Positions 1 through 11,252 of a stretch of 64,000 bases of DNA are shown one piece after another. The position numbers and the translations under genes are program-made. The notes under the pieces were generated by a model. The model saw only the letters and a program-made list of their open reading frames with translations, made no database searches and was not told where the DNA came from. The DNA comes from Verrucomicrobiales bacterium (GTDB lineage: Bacteria; Verrucomicrobiota; Verrucomicrobiia; Verrucomicrobiales; V1-33). The stretch is taken from NCBI GenBank assembly GCA_031411295.1, contig JANOAV010000038.1:32001-96000 (forward strand), in the 5' to 3' direction. Position 1 is the stretch's first letter. Every line of letters begins with the position of its first letter.

Positions 1-422
1 GTCGCTCCCAGATCATACAGTTGGGTCAGCGTTTGGACTTGATACTCATTGAGGGTTACCCGCTCTGGGACGGGGGGCTCGATGACCGCAGGCGGAGGTT
101 CTGGGGCCGGCAGCTCTGCCGCCATCGGTTCTGGCTCTGGGCTTGCCGCCGCAACCGATGTTTCCACGGGTGGTTCGGCGGCGGCCTCGGGGATGATTGC
201 GTTTGCGACTTCTACGGCGGGAACGGGCTCGGTGCTGGTCGCTTGCTCTTGAGCCTGCGGTTTCGTTTCGGGTTCGTCTGTCTGGTGGATTGGTTCTGCT
301 GGAGGCGCGTCCACCAAGGGAGCAGATTTCGCTGCCTTGGCCGTCTTGGCCGATGCCCGGGGCTTTTTGGGTTTCAGGGGTGCTTCTGGGAGCGCGGAGG
401 GGAGTTCGTTAGTAGTAACCAT
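1..422 (-). CDS. rho: Transcription termination factor Rho, N-terminal part (runs off window start)
   Basis: Not in the ORF track. Open frame from ATG at 422: MVTTNELPSALPEAPLKPKK... (Pro/Glu/Ala-rich extension), then ERVTLNEYQVQTLTQLYDLG, resembling the Rho N-terminal helical domain. Overlaps the end of coaE; coaE-rho adjacency is known in PVC bacteria. The catalytic part is not visible. Confidence 0.6.
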   Translation of the reverse strand, partial: MVTTNELPSALPEAPLKPKKPRASAKTAKAAKSAPLVDAPPAEPIHQTDEPETKPQAQEQATSTEPVPAVEVANAIIPEAAAEPPVETSVAAASPEPEPMAAELPAPEPPPAVIEPPVPERVTLNEYQVQTLTQLYDLGA

Positions 423-1015
423 TTGATAAAAATATGAGTTTGTTGGGCGAGTGCCTGCGGGGTGCCACCGTTCCAGAGGACGACGGTAGCGCGATTGGCT
501 TTCTCTAAAATTGGGATTTGGGCAGCGAGGCGGGAATCGATTTGGTGGGGAGCGTGGTTGGGGCTGCGGGCCAGGAGGCGCTCGCGTTGGGTGCGGGGGT
601 CACAGGCGATAACGATTTGGTGGTCGGCGGCAAACGGAAATCCAGTTTCGTAAAAGAGCGGAATATCTGCCACAAAGAACCGGGCGGTGGCCTGAGCGCC
701 CTGCTGAGCCGCAGTGCAGGCTTGACGCACGAGTGGGTGGAGAATTTCTTCCAAGAGGCGGCGTTTGCCAGCGTCCTGAAACACCAGCGCGCTGGTGCGG
801 TTGCGATCGAGACTTCCGTCGGCGGCTTGCAAATCAGTTCCGAGCGACGCGGAAATCTTTCCCACAATGTCTGGTCTTGTCAACTGTTCTTGCACACAAG
901 CGTCGGCATCGAAAAAGACCCCCTCTGGCAAGTGCTGTCGCAACAGCGCACAAAAGGACGATTTTCCCGTAGCGATCCCGCCCGTGACGAGGAGGTTAGT
1001 GAGTTTAGTTTTCAG
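374..1015 (-). CDS. coaE: Dephospho-CoA kinase
   Basis: The frame extends upstream of the tracked ORF to the P-loop VTGGIATGKS. Also DAD, LDR, LEEILHP, DIPLFYE and RLAAQ motifs. The only start-like codon ahead of the P-loop is CTG at 1015. Confidence 0.9.
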   Translation of the reverse strand: MKTKLTNLLVTGGIATGKSSFCALLRQHLPEGVFFDADACVQEQLTRPDIVGKISASLGTDLQAADGSLDRNRTSALVFQDAGKRRLLEEILHPLVRQACTAAQQGAQATARFFVADIPLFYETGFPFAADHQIVIACDPRTQRERLLARSPNHAPHQIDSRLAAQIPILEKANRATVVLWNGGTPQALAQQTHIFIKWLLLTNSPPRSQKHP

Positions 1016-1040
1016 TCAAATTCATTAGAGACTGAAAACT
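1007..1040. repeat. 11-bp inverted repeat within a CTGAAAA-rich stretch
   Basis: AGTTTTCAGTC (1007-1017) and GACTGAAAACT (1030-1040), followed by more CTGAAA units. Confidence 0.55.
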
Positions 1041-1067
1041 GAAATCTGAAAACGGAAAATTTCCCCT

Positions 1068-1307
1068 TCAAGCTGGCCATCGCCAGAACCCCGGCCAGTC
1101 ATCAAAATCCAGCACCCGCCGATCCTCAATGTAAAGGCCATACAAGGCGGTCGCATCCACGGAATGCAGCACCACCCGCCAGCGCTGACCATCGACCATT
1201 GCGACACAGAGCAGGGCATCGTCCGTCGCGCTGGCACGCCAGATAACATCCCGACAAAGTTCGGGATGGAGGTGCCATAGCGTGGAGTTTGAAATTAAAG
1301 TGGGCAT
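1068..1307 (-). CDS. Small hypothetical protein
   Basis: 79-aa ATG ORF co-directional with coaE; no recognisable family. Confidence 0.4.
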   Translation of the reverse strand: MPTLISNSTLWHLHPELCRDVIWRASATDDALLCVAMVDGQRWRVVLHSVDATALYGLYIEDRRVLDFDDWPGFWRWPA

Positions 1308-1650
1308 GGTCGAGATAGCAGTGGAATCAGAAATACGTGTAGCTTATTAACGGACTTGAGACGGATTTGTTGCGCCCAATGTTCAGATTTTACGAAGGAA
1401 ACACGAATTTAGGGGATTCCCCGAGCGCTAGCCACGGAATTCACCCTGCGGGAGGTGCAAGCTTACCCAGGTCCGCCCTACCCGCAGCCAACGGTGAACC
1501 GAAAGCCGACCCAACTGCTCGGGCCAATGAGGCCAATGAGGCGGTTGCCGCAAAATGAGCTTGACGCTGCAATCTGCCACCTGTTAGCAATGAATTCACT
1601 GGGCCCGTCTCGTGGTCTCGCAGCTCATCCAACCAAACCAACAATTACCC

Positions 1651-2083
1651 ATGCGCGGACTCATTACTCTAATTATATTAACCATCGTAGGGCCCGCACT
1701 GACCTATGTGGGACTCCAGAACAAAGCCCTGAATGAACGGCTCAATACTGAGGGGAAAACTGCCGTCGGGGAAATTGTTGGTGGAGAATGGAAAAAAAGC
1801 CGGAAGGGCAGCAAGACCTACACCTTTGATGTGGCGTTCAAACCGGAGAGCGGCCCAGTAGTGAATAAAAAAAATGAAAGTGAACAACACTTACTTCAAC
1901 GCCCACGCGGCGGGCGATGCCATTACGAACCCCGAGACCACGGTGCGCTATAACCCAGCGCAGCCGGAGGAGGAATCCATCATCGAAGGCCAGGGTGAGG
2001 ATTTATCATTCATGATTTATCTTGGCCCAGTGCTGGCGCTGATCGGGATAGGTGGCCTCATTTACAAATTCAAAAAGCGTTGA
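1651..2083 (+). CDS. DUF3592-like two-TM membrane protein, split by a frameshift at the A8 run (1867-1874)
   Basis: N-terminal TM, then EGKTAVGEIV...YTFDVAF; continues in another frame as VRYNPAQPEES plus a C-terminal TM. Removing one A gives VNKKMKV and one continuous ORF. Confidence 0.65.
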
Positions 2084-2584
2084 TCGAGGAGCGGGCAGGG
2101 TTGCTAAAAAACGAGCGCAACACCGTAATTTTTCAGCTTGCCGAATTCACCAGACAAGATAAACTCCACCCGTTGATCACTCCTATCCCTAGTGCAATTT
2201 CCCGTTTTGCCGCTGCTTCCGCAGCAGGCGCGCCTAACCGTGACCCAATGTCCGGGCGCATTGCCAGGAAGGTGAATTTATAAACGCATGATTCGGACCT
2301 CCTTGTTGCGTCAGTGTGCGTTGGGATTCTCTAGCCTTGAGAGATCTTCTGGCTCCACTGCTGTGGAATCCAATTATTTTCGTTCAAACATCAGCACCTA
2401 ACTCAGTTACCCCCACCACATTATCATTACGCCTCCTCCCTCCACCCCCAACCCTTCCACGCTTATAGCTACTCCGCCTCCTTCCAATTCCGGTCCTCCG
2501 TCGGGACCACGTCCGCCCTACAACAACAACAGTAGCGGCGGCAATTCAGGTTATAACAATAATCGGAATCCCCGCGGGCGTGAC

Positions 2585-3256
2585 ATGACGCGTATCAATG
2601 ATCGCATCCGCGCTCCGAAAGTCCGCGTGGTCGATGGTGATTCGAATCAACAGATCGGGGTCATGTCCCCGCAGGAAGCGTTAATTATTGCGCGGCAGCG
2701 TGGGTTGGATTTGGTGGAAGTGTCAGCCGAGGCCAAGCCTCCCGTGTGTAAAATCGTTAGCTACGGCAAGTGGAAGTATCAACAGTCGAAGCAAAAAGTG
2801 AAAGCCAAGAGTTCTGGCGGCAAAGTGAAGGAAGTGAAATTCCGCATCAACATTTCCCCGCACGACTACGGCATCAAACTCTCTCACGCGGAGGAATTTC
2901 TCGATCACAACAACAAGCTGCGTATTCACTTGCAATTCAAAGGCCGGGAAATGGCGCACCAGGAACTCGGATTCGAGCTGATGAAGCGGATTGCGGAGGA
3001 CCTCAAAGGCATGGGCCATGTGGATCTCATGCCGAAGCAAGCCGGGCGCAGCATCAGTATGATGCTCAGCCCCCTGGCCACCCATCTGCGCCATCGTAAG
3101 TTCGCCAAGCCTGTCACAGAGTATATCGAGACCGAAGAATTCGATGACGAAGAGGAGCATCATGAGACCCATGTTCACACGTTGAACCTGGAAGAAATTC
3201 TCGACAAAATGGAAGGCGAAGCCACCGAACGCAAAGGCAAGAAGCCCCGCGGCTGA
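2585..3256 (+). CDS. infC: Translation initiation factor IF-3
   Basis: RINDRIRAPKVRVV, GLDLVEV, PPVCKI, VKEVKFR and FKGRE motifs. The true start may be an upstream ATT/ATC/ATA (see findings). Confidence 0.95.
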   Translation: MTRINDRIRAPKVRVVDGDSNQQIGVMSPQEALIIARQRGLDLVEVSAEAKPPVCKIVSYGKWKYQQSKQKVKAKSSGGKVKEVKFRINISPHDYGIKLSHAEEFLDHNNKLRIHLQFKGREMAHQELGFELMKRIAEDLKGMGHVDLMPKQAGRSISMMLSPLATHLRHRKFAKPVTEYIETEEFDDEEEHHETHVHTLNLEEILDKMEGEATERKGKKPRG

Positions 3257-3303
3257 ACCCTTCCATGCGGAGCGAAGTTCAACTACGCGAGGCGTTGAAG
3301 TCC

Positions 3304-4158
3304 TCAAACGAGCGCTTTCAGCGCCTCTGCAAAAGTAGGATAGCGAAATTCAAATCCGGCCGCTAAAGCCGCGCGCGGTTCCGCACGCACACTGTCCAGA
3401 AAAATGCTGCCCATGCCACCCGGCAACAGCTTCAGCGCGAACGCTGGGGTCGGAAAGATCGCTGGGCGATGCACTGCCTTCGCTAGTGCGGTCGTCAATG
3501 CTTGATTCCTCAGCGCTCCCGGAGCCACTCCGTTAATGATTCCGCTAACCTGGGCCTGTTCCACCGCAAACAAGAGCAACCGGACGGCATCCTCCACCTG
3601 GATCCACGCCACCCATTGCTGGCCGCTGCCCAAACGGCCTCCCAGTCCCAGTCGGAATACTTTGCGCTGCAGCGGCCAACCGCCGGCATCCTTGCCTAGC
3701 ACCATCCCCAGTCGCACCACCACGGTGCGGGCGAAATCCCCTGCCTCCTTCACGGCTGCCTCCCAGTCTCGGACCACCTCCCCCAAAAAACCCGCTCCTT
3801 GCGGGGAGGTTTCATCCAGCACCTCATCTCCGCGATCCCCGTAAAACGAGATCCCCGAGGCGGAGACTAAAATTTTCGGCGGATCCGGCAAGGCTCGCAT
3901 CGCTGTCACGATGCGTTGGGTTAGATCGATCCGACTTTCCCTAATCCGTTGTTTCTTCGCTGCGGTCCACAAACCCAGCACGCTTTCGCCTACCAGATGC
4001 ACCACCGCATCCAGGCCAGAGAAATCCAATTTGGCCACATCCCGTTGCCCTTCCCGGGGATGGCGGGAAAAGCCCACGACAGTGTGTCCGGCCGCTACCG
4101 CAAGCTTGGTGAAATGCTGCCCTAAAAATCCTGATGCTCCAGTTAGTCCTATGATCAT
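3304..4158 (-). CDS. TIGR01777-family NAD-dependent epimerase (YfcH/SDR39U1-like)
   Basis: TGASGFLG, WTAAKKQRIRESRI, SASGISFYG, GLGGRLGSGQQW and GFEFRYP motifs. Confidence 0.9.
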   Translation of the reverse strand: MIIGLTGASGFLGQHFTKLAVAAGHTVVGFSRHPREGQRDVAKLDFSGLDAVVHLVGESVLGLWTAAKKQRIRESRIDLTQRIVTAMRALPDPPKILVSASGISFYGDRGDEVLDETSPQGAGFLGEVVRDWEAAVKEAGDFARTVVVRLGMVLGKDAGGWPLQRKVFRLGLGGRLGSGQQWVAWIQVEDAVRLLLFAVEQAQVSGIINGVAPGALRNQALTTALAKAVHRPAIFPTPAFALKLLPGGMGSIFLDSVRAEPRAALAAGFEFRYPTFAEALKALV

Positions 4159-4308
4159 ACCTCCAGCTTACGTCGCTCCATGGACGGGGGAAGCGAAATT
4201 TTGTTGCTGAAAAACACGTGAACCGCCCTCCATTCATCTGCTTTGATCGCAGCGTGAAGGAGGGCGGATCGTGTTTTGGGGGAGTTGCGTTTGGTGGGGG
4301 AAAACGGG

Positions 4309-5583
4309 TTACAGACTCTTCAAGAAGTCCAGCAATTGCTGCTTCTGCGTGGTGGAAAGCTTTTGATAGCGCTCACGGGAAGCTTTCGCTTCACCATCAT
4401 GCGCCATTATCGCCACGTCGATGTTAGGGGCGCGACCATCGTGCAGATAGGGAGCGCTGGCTCGCAGACCCCAGAGCGGGGCGGTGCGCATTTCCCGGGC
4501 TCCGGCTTCACCCTGAACAATGCCATCGCCCAGACGGCCCATGTCATGGACTAGCAGATCAGAATAAAGATTCACCTGCTTCTGACTCAAGGCCAATACA
4601 GCGTGTCGCCCGGTGGTCATCGTGGGCACGTGGCAGACCGCACAATTCAGTTGGCTGAAAATTTGGCGGCCCTGACTGGCTGACTGCGTTAGTGGCAACG
4701 GTTGCGGCGGAGCCAGCAAGCGCATGAAACTAGCCGCCGCATCGATATCACCCCGTCCAGTTAGTGGATCGACGGTGTCCTCGGGATCCGCTACCAAATC
4801 GAACACCGCCAGCTTCGCCAAATCTCCGTTGGGCGCGTTCTCGGTGGGGAAGAGTCGGCTCGTAATCCCCATCTCATTGACATAGGCATCTCCTGCAAAC
4901 GTCAGCAGATCCGCCTGCTGACATTTCCAGCCGAACTTTCCCACCCGGATTTTGCCAGTGGCTACGTCCATAACTTTGACGGCATGACCTCGAATTCCGT
5001 CGCTGGGCGGACGCAGGGCATTGCGAAGGATGATTTCGTCAGGGATCGCCTCAATTAAACCCAGCCCGAACAGGGGAGTGGATTGCCGATTTGCGGTAAC
5101 GTTTGCCGCCAAGGGCACCACTTCCAAGATGGATTGGTCGATGGCGTTGTCCTGCAGCAGAGAGCCCCCCAGATCCGCCAGGGCATCAAAGTTGCCATTT
5201 TCGGTTCGTCCGAAGCGGGTCACCACAATGGCACTCGCACCACCAGTGCCGCCGCTGTTGTGACAGGCCACACAGGAAATATTGTTAAAAATTGGCCCCA
5301 AGCCACCGGCCGCATCTTCTTCATGCTCGAATTCATCGAGCCCTTCGGTAAATTCCTGTAGTTGGGTCTTCGTTAGCCCCGGCAAGGGATCGCCTAGCAC
5401 TGGCAGAGGGTTGGCATTGGCAGCCAGCCTGGGTGCGGGCTTGAATCGCTTTGCAGGAAACACTGGCGATCCATGGGGTGGTTGCGAAGCTCCCGCCGAC
5501 TGCTGCGCCTGCCCCGATTCCGAGGCGGCTAACAGGCTGAAGAGCAGAGGGAGCACGATTGGGGGAATGGTATTAGTTTTCAT
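4309..5583 (-). CDS. Secreted di-heme oxidoreductase (DHOR-like, putative peroxidase)
   Basis: Signal peptide; GLGPIFNNISCVACH and CAVCH heme motifs; TPLFGLGLIEAI, GKFGWK, YSDLLVHDMG, RTAPLWG, YLHDGRA. Confidence 0.88.
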   Translation of the reverse strand: MKTNTIPPIVLPLLFSLLAASESGQAQQSAGASQPPHGSPVFPAKRFKPAPRLAANANPLPVLGDPLPGLTKTQLQEFTEGLDEFEHEEDAAGGLGPIFNNISCVACHNSGGTGGASAIVVTRFGRTENGNFDALADLGGSLLQDNAIDQSILEVVPLAANVTANRQSTPLFGLGLIEAIPDEIILRNALRPPSDGIRGHAVKVMDVATGKIRVGKFGWKCQQADLLTFAGDAYVNEMGITSRLFPTENAPNGDLAKLAVFDLVADPEDTVDPLTGRGDIDAAASFMRLLAPPQPLPLTQSASQGRQIFSQLNCAVCHVPTMTTGRHAVLALSQKQVNLYSDLLVHDMGRLGDGIVQGEAGAREMRTAPLWGLRASAPYLHDGRAPNIDVAIMAHDGEAKASRERYQKLSTTQKQQLLDFLKSL

Positions 5584-5722
5584 ACGCCACAACGTATTCC
5601 AGTTACCTGAAGTCCACGTGAAGACGTAATCTATTTGGGATTATTTCGCCACCGCGAGAAAACTACGGGCACGGCAGCACTCCCGAGCCTGCACTGCGGG
5701 TGGTTCGTGCTCGCAGCCACTG

Positions 5723-8700
5723 CTATGGTTTCACCAATTTGAAGAAGCAACGTTGGGCGTTGGTTCCTGGAGTGGCCTTCTTTTGATCGCCCACAGTGGT
5801 CGTGGGCGCAGGGGAATCAATCCAGGTCTTCATGTCCAAGCTTTCCTTTAGCACCCAGCCGTCGGCGTTGGCAGGCCAGGTTAGAGTGAGGCCGTTGTTG
5901 CCGATGCCTGCGGTGCTGGTCATGCGCGGGATGAAGCCTGCGGTGAGGGCACGTGGTCCTGCGGCGGTAAAGCTCATGCTGGGGTTGGAGTTGACGATGA
6001 CGCCATTTTCCACCCAGCCGATGAATTCCCATCCGCTGCCAGGGGTGGCTTTGAGGTTGACGTTGGCTCCTTGGACATAATTGCCTGCACCTGTTACGGT
6101 GCCGCCTGCTGCGGTGATGGAAATAGTGCTGGGCTGCACGCCTAACGCAAAGGGCGAAAGGCTGGTGGTGCTGACGGTAAGAGTCTTGGCTACGGTGTTC
6201 ACAGTGCCGGGAAGCTTCTCCCAGAGGGTGCCGTTATAGTGATAGATGGCAAGGGTGGTTTCGTCGAAGCCCGCAGGCAGCAACGACGGATTATATGCGA
6301 AGGTTAGATGAATCGCCCCGGTGTGGCTGCCATTGTATTCCAAATGCCAGAGTTGGGTGATGCTTCCGCTGGGTTTATCAAAGGATGGTAGAGCGAAATC
6401 GCCCTCGTTCTCGCGCTCGAACATTTCTGCCTCATCGGCTTCGGCATAGTCGCCAAAGAAGGTGCCTTCGTTGGTGATGTCATCGAACTCAAAGTCCACC
6501 CCTCCGACGTGGGAGGAACCGCCATTGCAACTGCCGCCGCCGTGATTTCCGCCGCCGCCGGTGGTGACTTTGGTGCCGGTAAGCAGACTGAGCAGGATGT
6601 CCAGGTTGGTGGATTGCCCGGGGGCCAAGTTACCCACGGACCAACGTTGGCCACCTGCAATCCAACGGTCCGCAGGTGCGAAGCTGTCATGTCCCTGCCT
6701 TGTGGCATATGGCGCGCCCTGCCAGTTGGCCTCAATGGAAAGATGCACGCCATCGGAGGGTTTGCCGTTGAAGTGATTATCCAAGCCATTTCCCTCGATG
6801 CCGTAATGCCCGATTTCAAAAGCGGTGGGAGCCACTTTGGAATGGAAGGCGATGCTGTCTTCCAAGCCCGCTGCGGAACTGCCGCTGCCAGTAGCGTTGG
6901 CGTCATTTCCAGTGAGCGTGGCATCGTAGTGGTATTGGCTGAGCTTGCCCGCGTAGGCCCGGTTATCATAGACCCCGCGTTGCGAAATGAGGCCGTGCAG
7001 GAGTTGGAAGAGTTGCACGCTCGTGATCGCTGAACCGCTGATGTTGCGGACGCGGAAACTTTCGTTCAGCACATAGCGGTTACTATTGATGGAGCTGCCC
7101 ACACCAGCTGCGCTGGCCGCGGTGAGGCCCATGGGCGTGCCGGTCACTGTGTCTAGCATTTCGAAGTGCAGCGTGATTTCCAAGTCGTCATTCGCGATGA
7201 TGGATTCCGCAATCGGCAGGCCATCCAGATTGGCTCCCACGAGATGAATGCCCTGCACCACGCGGAAGGTGGAGTTCGTGTGCCAGTCCGGGTAGAGGAA
7301 ATTGGGGTCCAGCCACGTGGGAGCCACGGCCACGCCATCCTTGGTGTAAGCTACGGCGGAGGCCCATTCGCCACTCAAATACTCGCGACCTTCGAAACCA
7401 GGAGTGTTGTCCAGCAGGTAGTCTGAGTAGCCGTAATCGGTCAGAGTGATGTTCCAGTTAGGATTCGCCAGCTGCATGGATCCACCGGTGCTGCCAGCGG
7501 GGCTGGCAATGAGATTGTCGATGAGGAATTTCTGCGCTCCGGCGGGGAAGGTGGCGAGTTCGATGCGGATATGATCGAAGCTCACTCCGGAATTGAACGT
7601 CATGGTCCCAGTGGGATAAGTGTCACCAAACATGCTGGAACCATGTCCCAAGGAGGAACCCACGACGACGGGGAGTCCTGAGCTATGATCGCTGGCCGTG
7701 ACTAAAAGATTGGATCCAATGTTGGTGGCGGTTTCCACGGTGGCGAAGTTAAACGAAACGCCAGTGATGGCTTGATCAAATTGCACTTCGATCACGGTGC
7801 CAACACTGGCACCAGGAGCTACGAAATGAGCGGCAAACTTGGTGAGCGTGAAACTAGTGCTGGCTTCCGTTTCCACCGTCGGCGGGGAAGTATCGGATGA
7901 GGAAAAGTCAGCCGTGACGCCACCTACAGTCTGACTGAACGGCATGGGCGCATGCAAGGCCAGCGCAGGGATGCCGGTGTCGAAGGTGAAATGAATTCCC
8001 GCCAGACCAGCGGAGAAATTGGCGGTGTAGTCACCACTGGCGGTTGGCGTGAAGGTATAGCTGGGGCTGGTGCTAACTTCATTGCCCAGACTGTCCGTCC
8101 AGTTGATAAATTCATATCCAGCAGTGGCCGCAGCCACCAAAGTGAGACTGGCGCCCGGAGAAACACTGCTGGCTCCTAGCACCGTGCCGCTGCCCGTGGG
8201 CCAAGCGGAGGCGGTGATGGTATAAGCAGGCGAGAAGTTCGCGACCAGCGTGCGGGGCGTGCTAACGGTGAACGTGTAGGCTACAGCGGTGCTGACGATG
8301 GTCCCGCCATCGGTCCAATTTCTAAAGACGTAATCTGGGTTCGATACCGCTTCCAAGGTGGCGCTGGCACCGCTGGGATAGGCTCCTGCGCCTACCACAG
8401 AGCCACCAACCGCAGGCACGGCACTGGCAGTAATGGCGATCGCTGGCGCAAAATTGGCGACCAGCGCACGATTGGCACTGGTGGTGAATGTATAGTCTGC
8501 ATCTGCGCTCACCACCGCTCCGCCAACCGTCCAATTGCTAAAAGCGAAGCCTGGATTCGGCAGGGCGGAAACCGTCACGTCATCGCCAATGGCATATGCT
8601 CCATCGCCCGAAACCGTGCCTCCAAGGGCTGGAGCGGCGGAGGTCGTAATGGTGATGCCGGTGTCGGAGAGAAAGTTTGCCACGAGCGTGCGGGGACCAG

Positions 8701-11067
8701 TGGCGTTGAAACTGTAGGTGGAATTCGTGCTGACAATGACACCGTTTTCCGTCCAGTTAGCAAAGGTATAGCCAGCGTTGGGGAACGCCTTAGCTTTAGC
8801 GTTGTCGCCTGTCTTGTAAGTTAGACTGTCCATTTCCGTCGTGCCGCCAACGCTGGGGGAAGAGGATGCCGTCATACTGAAAGTGAACTTGGCCACCAAC
8901 GTGCGATTGGTGGTCACGGTAAAGGTATAGCTCGCATTTGTGCTCACGGTGGTGCTGCCTTCCTGCCATTTGGAGAATTGGTAATTCGGATTGGCGGTAG
9001 CGACCACGGTCGCGCTATCACCTGTGGCATAAGCCCCGCCTCCTGTAATGGTTCCCCCTGGGATTGGACTTGCGCTGGTGGTGATGGTCTTGGCAACGCC
9101 CGTCAATACGAAATTCGCGACCAGATCTTTGTTCGCATTCACTGGGAAAGTGTAGCTGGCCGCGGTGCTCACCTGACTGCCGCCCACGGTCCATTTCGTG
9201 AAGACATAGCCTGCGTTCGCTGTGGCCGTGACAGTGGCGCTCGCCCCGCTGAGAAAGGATCCCCCGCCGGTGGTCGTGCCGCCAGCCACAGGGTTGGCAC
9301 TGGTGCTCACGGTGTAAGTTGGTAGCGCAGTGAAATTTGCTACCAGCACGCGGTCAGCATTGGCGCTGAAGGCATAGGTGGTCAGGGTGCTAACCACGAC
9401 GCCCGCTTCCGTCCAGTTGGTGAAACCGTATCCTGCATTCGGCGTGGCCACCAGGGAGAGGGGCGATCCATCATCCACCGTGCCAGCACCGGTCGTGGTG
9501 CCACCAGCCACGGGATTGGCGCTGGAGTTGATGGTCCATTGCGGGACATCCAGTGCAAAATTGGCCACCAGCGAATGATTCACATCCAAGGTGAAGGTGT
9601 AGGTCGCTACATTACTAACTACGACCGCATTGTCCGTCCAACTCACGAAGCGATAGCCTGCATTCGGTGTGGCCACCACAGTGACCTCGGCACCTGGGGC
9701 GAAAGATCCATCGCCCGTGGTCGTTCCGCCATCGATTGGCATCGAAGTGGTATCGACTAAATTGGCCGCTGGCAAAGCCGCCACTGCTGAGGCGATTTTA
9801 AGCGTGTAGTTTTTGGAAACATCGGGGTTCCGACCATCGGTGGCCATGATCTTGAAATTGAATTCCCCACTCACCGTCGGCGTGCCGGACAGCACGCCAT
9901 TCACCGCATCGAAGGCCATGCCTGCAGGCAGTGGACCGTCTTTGACGCAAAGGAAGGGCAGCGCGCCTTCCACCACCAACGTGCGGGCGGCATAGGGTGT
10001 GTTGATTTTCCCCTCGCTCACGTGATCGATCAACCCCACGGCTGCTTCCACATCGACCGCGGCCATTTGCGCACCAGTGTATTCGCCCACAATGACCAAG
10101 GTCGAGAGATCCACCTCAACGCCATTGACCGTCTTCGTTCCGGTGCCATGCAGACCATCGGGGCCGACGTTCTCCGCCATCGCTTCGCCTGTTTCATTAT
10201 CCATGGGCCCGATGTATTTGTAGAACTCGTAGCGACGCGTCACGACTTCATTTCCCCCGGCAGGTCTTCGGGAGCAGCCGCCTTCTTGGCGTTCAAGCCG
10301 CCATCCACCTTGCCGTAATCCTTTTGCAGGATCTGCCATTCCGTTTCCACTTCATCAGGCTCCCCATTTTTCCAGTTCTTCTTTTCCGGATGATCCGGAT
10401 CATTCGAGACCAGTTCGCGCAATTTTACTTTCTCGGCATTATGGGAGGTGGTGCGAATCTCTTTCATCCAGACCGCCTTACCGAATTCCTTCGGCTCCAC
10501 AATCTTCGGTGGTGGTGGGGCAATCACCGCCTGCACCTGCGCCACTCCGCCATTGACGGGCGGATAGTAAGTAAATGAAGGCGTAGAAACTTGCACGGCT
10601 CCGCCGGAAACCAGCGTGCCAGATCCATCGTCGATCAGCCAATTATAACGCACCGCACCTACCGCAGCATTGTAGCCTGCGCCAAAGTGTTCGCCTCCGA
10701 AGTTCACGGCGGGATTGGTAAACATGTGGCCATTGGTCGGAGAAATGGGACCGCTGGGGATGGCGGTGTAAGCGGCCCACGTGCCATCGGGTTTCTTCTT
10801 GCTATCCCAACGAATGCGGCACTTCGGATGTCCCGCCACCGAGTTGTCCTCCGTGATATTCGGCACTCCGTAGTGGTTGTAGTTGTAAGTATAAGTGATC
10901 GAGGTGCTATGACAATCTTCGATCTCAATCTCAAAGCCATGACACTCATGACCCGTGTCATTGACCGTGTCGAAGTTATTGATGGAGCCATAAGCGATGC
11001 TGGCCTGGGCCACAGGGGAGGCGGCTAGGAGCGTGGTAAGCAGGGGTAGGAGGAAAGGTAGTTTCAT
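5723..11067 (-). CDS. Large secreted multidomain protein (about 1780 aa) with Ig-like and divergent InlB-B-like repeats; frameshift at C5 (10254-10258)
   Basis: Signal peptide MKLPFLLPLL...; adding one G joins EDLPG to GNEVVTRRYEFYKY. One putative Ig domain (LPAGMAFD...LSGTPT), 8 tandem plus 1 separate ~75-aa repeats (GGTxxGxG...ATPNAGYxFxxW...LVANF), and the shared C-terminal module. Confidence 0.8.
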
Positions 11068-11125
11068 AGGCAGCGGGATTCGCTACCAGAGTAACCTCCA
11101 TCGCACTGACTACAATCTAACCACC

Positions 11126-11144
11126 GTAACGGAACGGTTGGATT
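11126..11144 (-). promoter_or_regulatory. Conserved upstream motif, copy 1 (with -35 TTGTAG / -10 TACTCT)
   Basis: GTAACGGAACGGTTGGATT on +. On the - strand it ends 10 nt before TTGTAG (11110-11115), with TACTCT 16 nt further (11088-11093). Confidence 0.55.
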
Positions 11145-11252
11145 AACGAGTTGTCACCTTGGGCATCTTCCGCCCCCTTGTCGCAACGCGATTAAACGTC
11201 CCGGACCCCACAGACTTGACCGTTGCGAATTCCAGAGCGTTCATGAGAAACC

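Noticed and set aside
1367..1558. 63-aa ORF upstream of the DUF3592-like gene
   Set aside because: No motif or clear start context; not supportable as a gene.
2090..2400. tRNA or structured ncRNA / L20 leader upstream of infC
   Set aside because: No cloverleaf or recognisable consensus by eye, and rplT is not downstream. An Infernal/Rfam scan would be needed.
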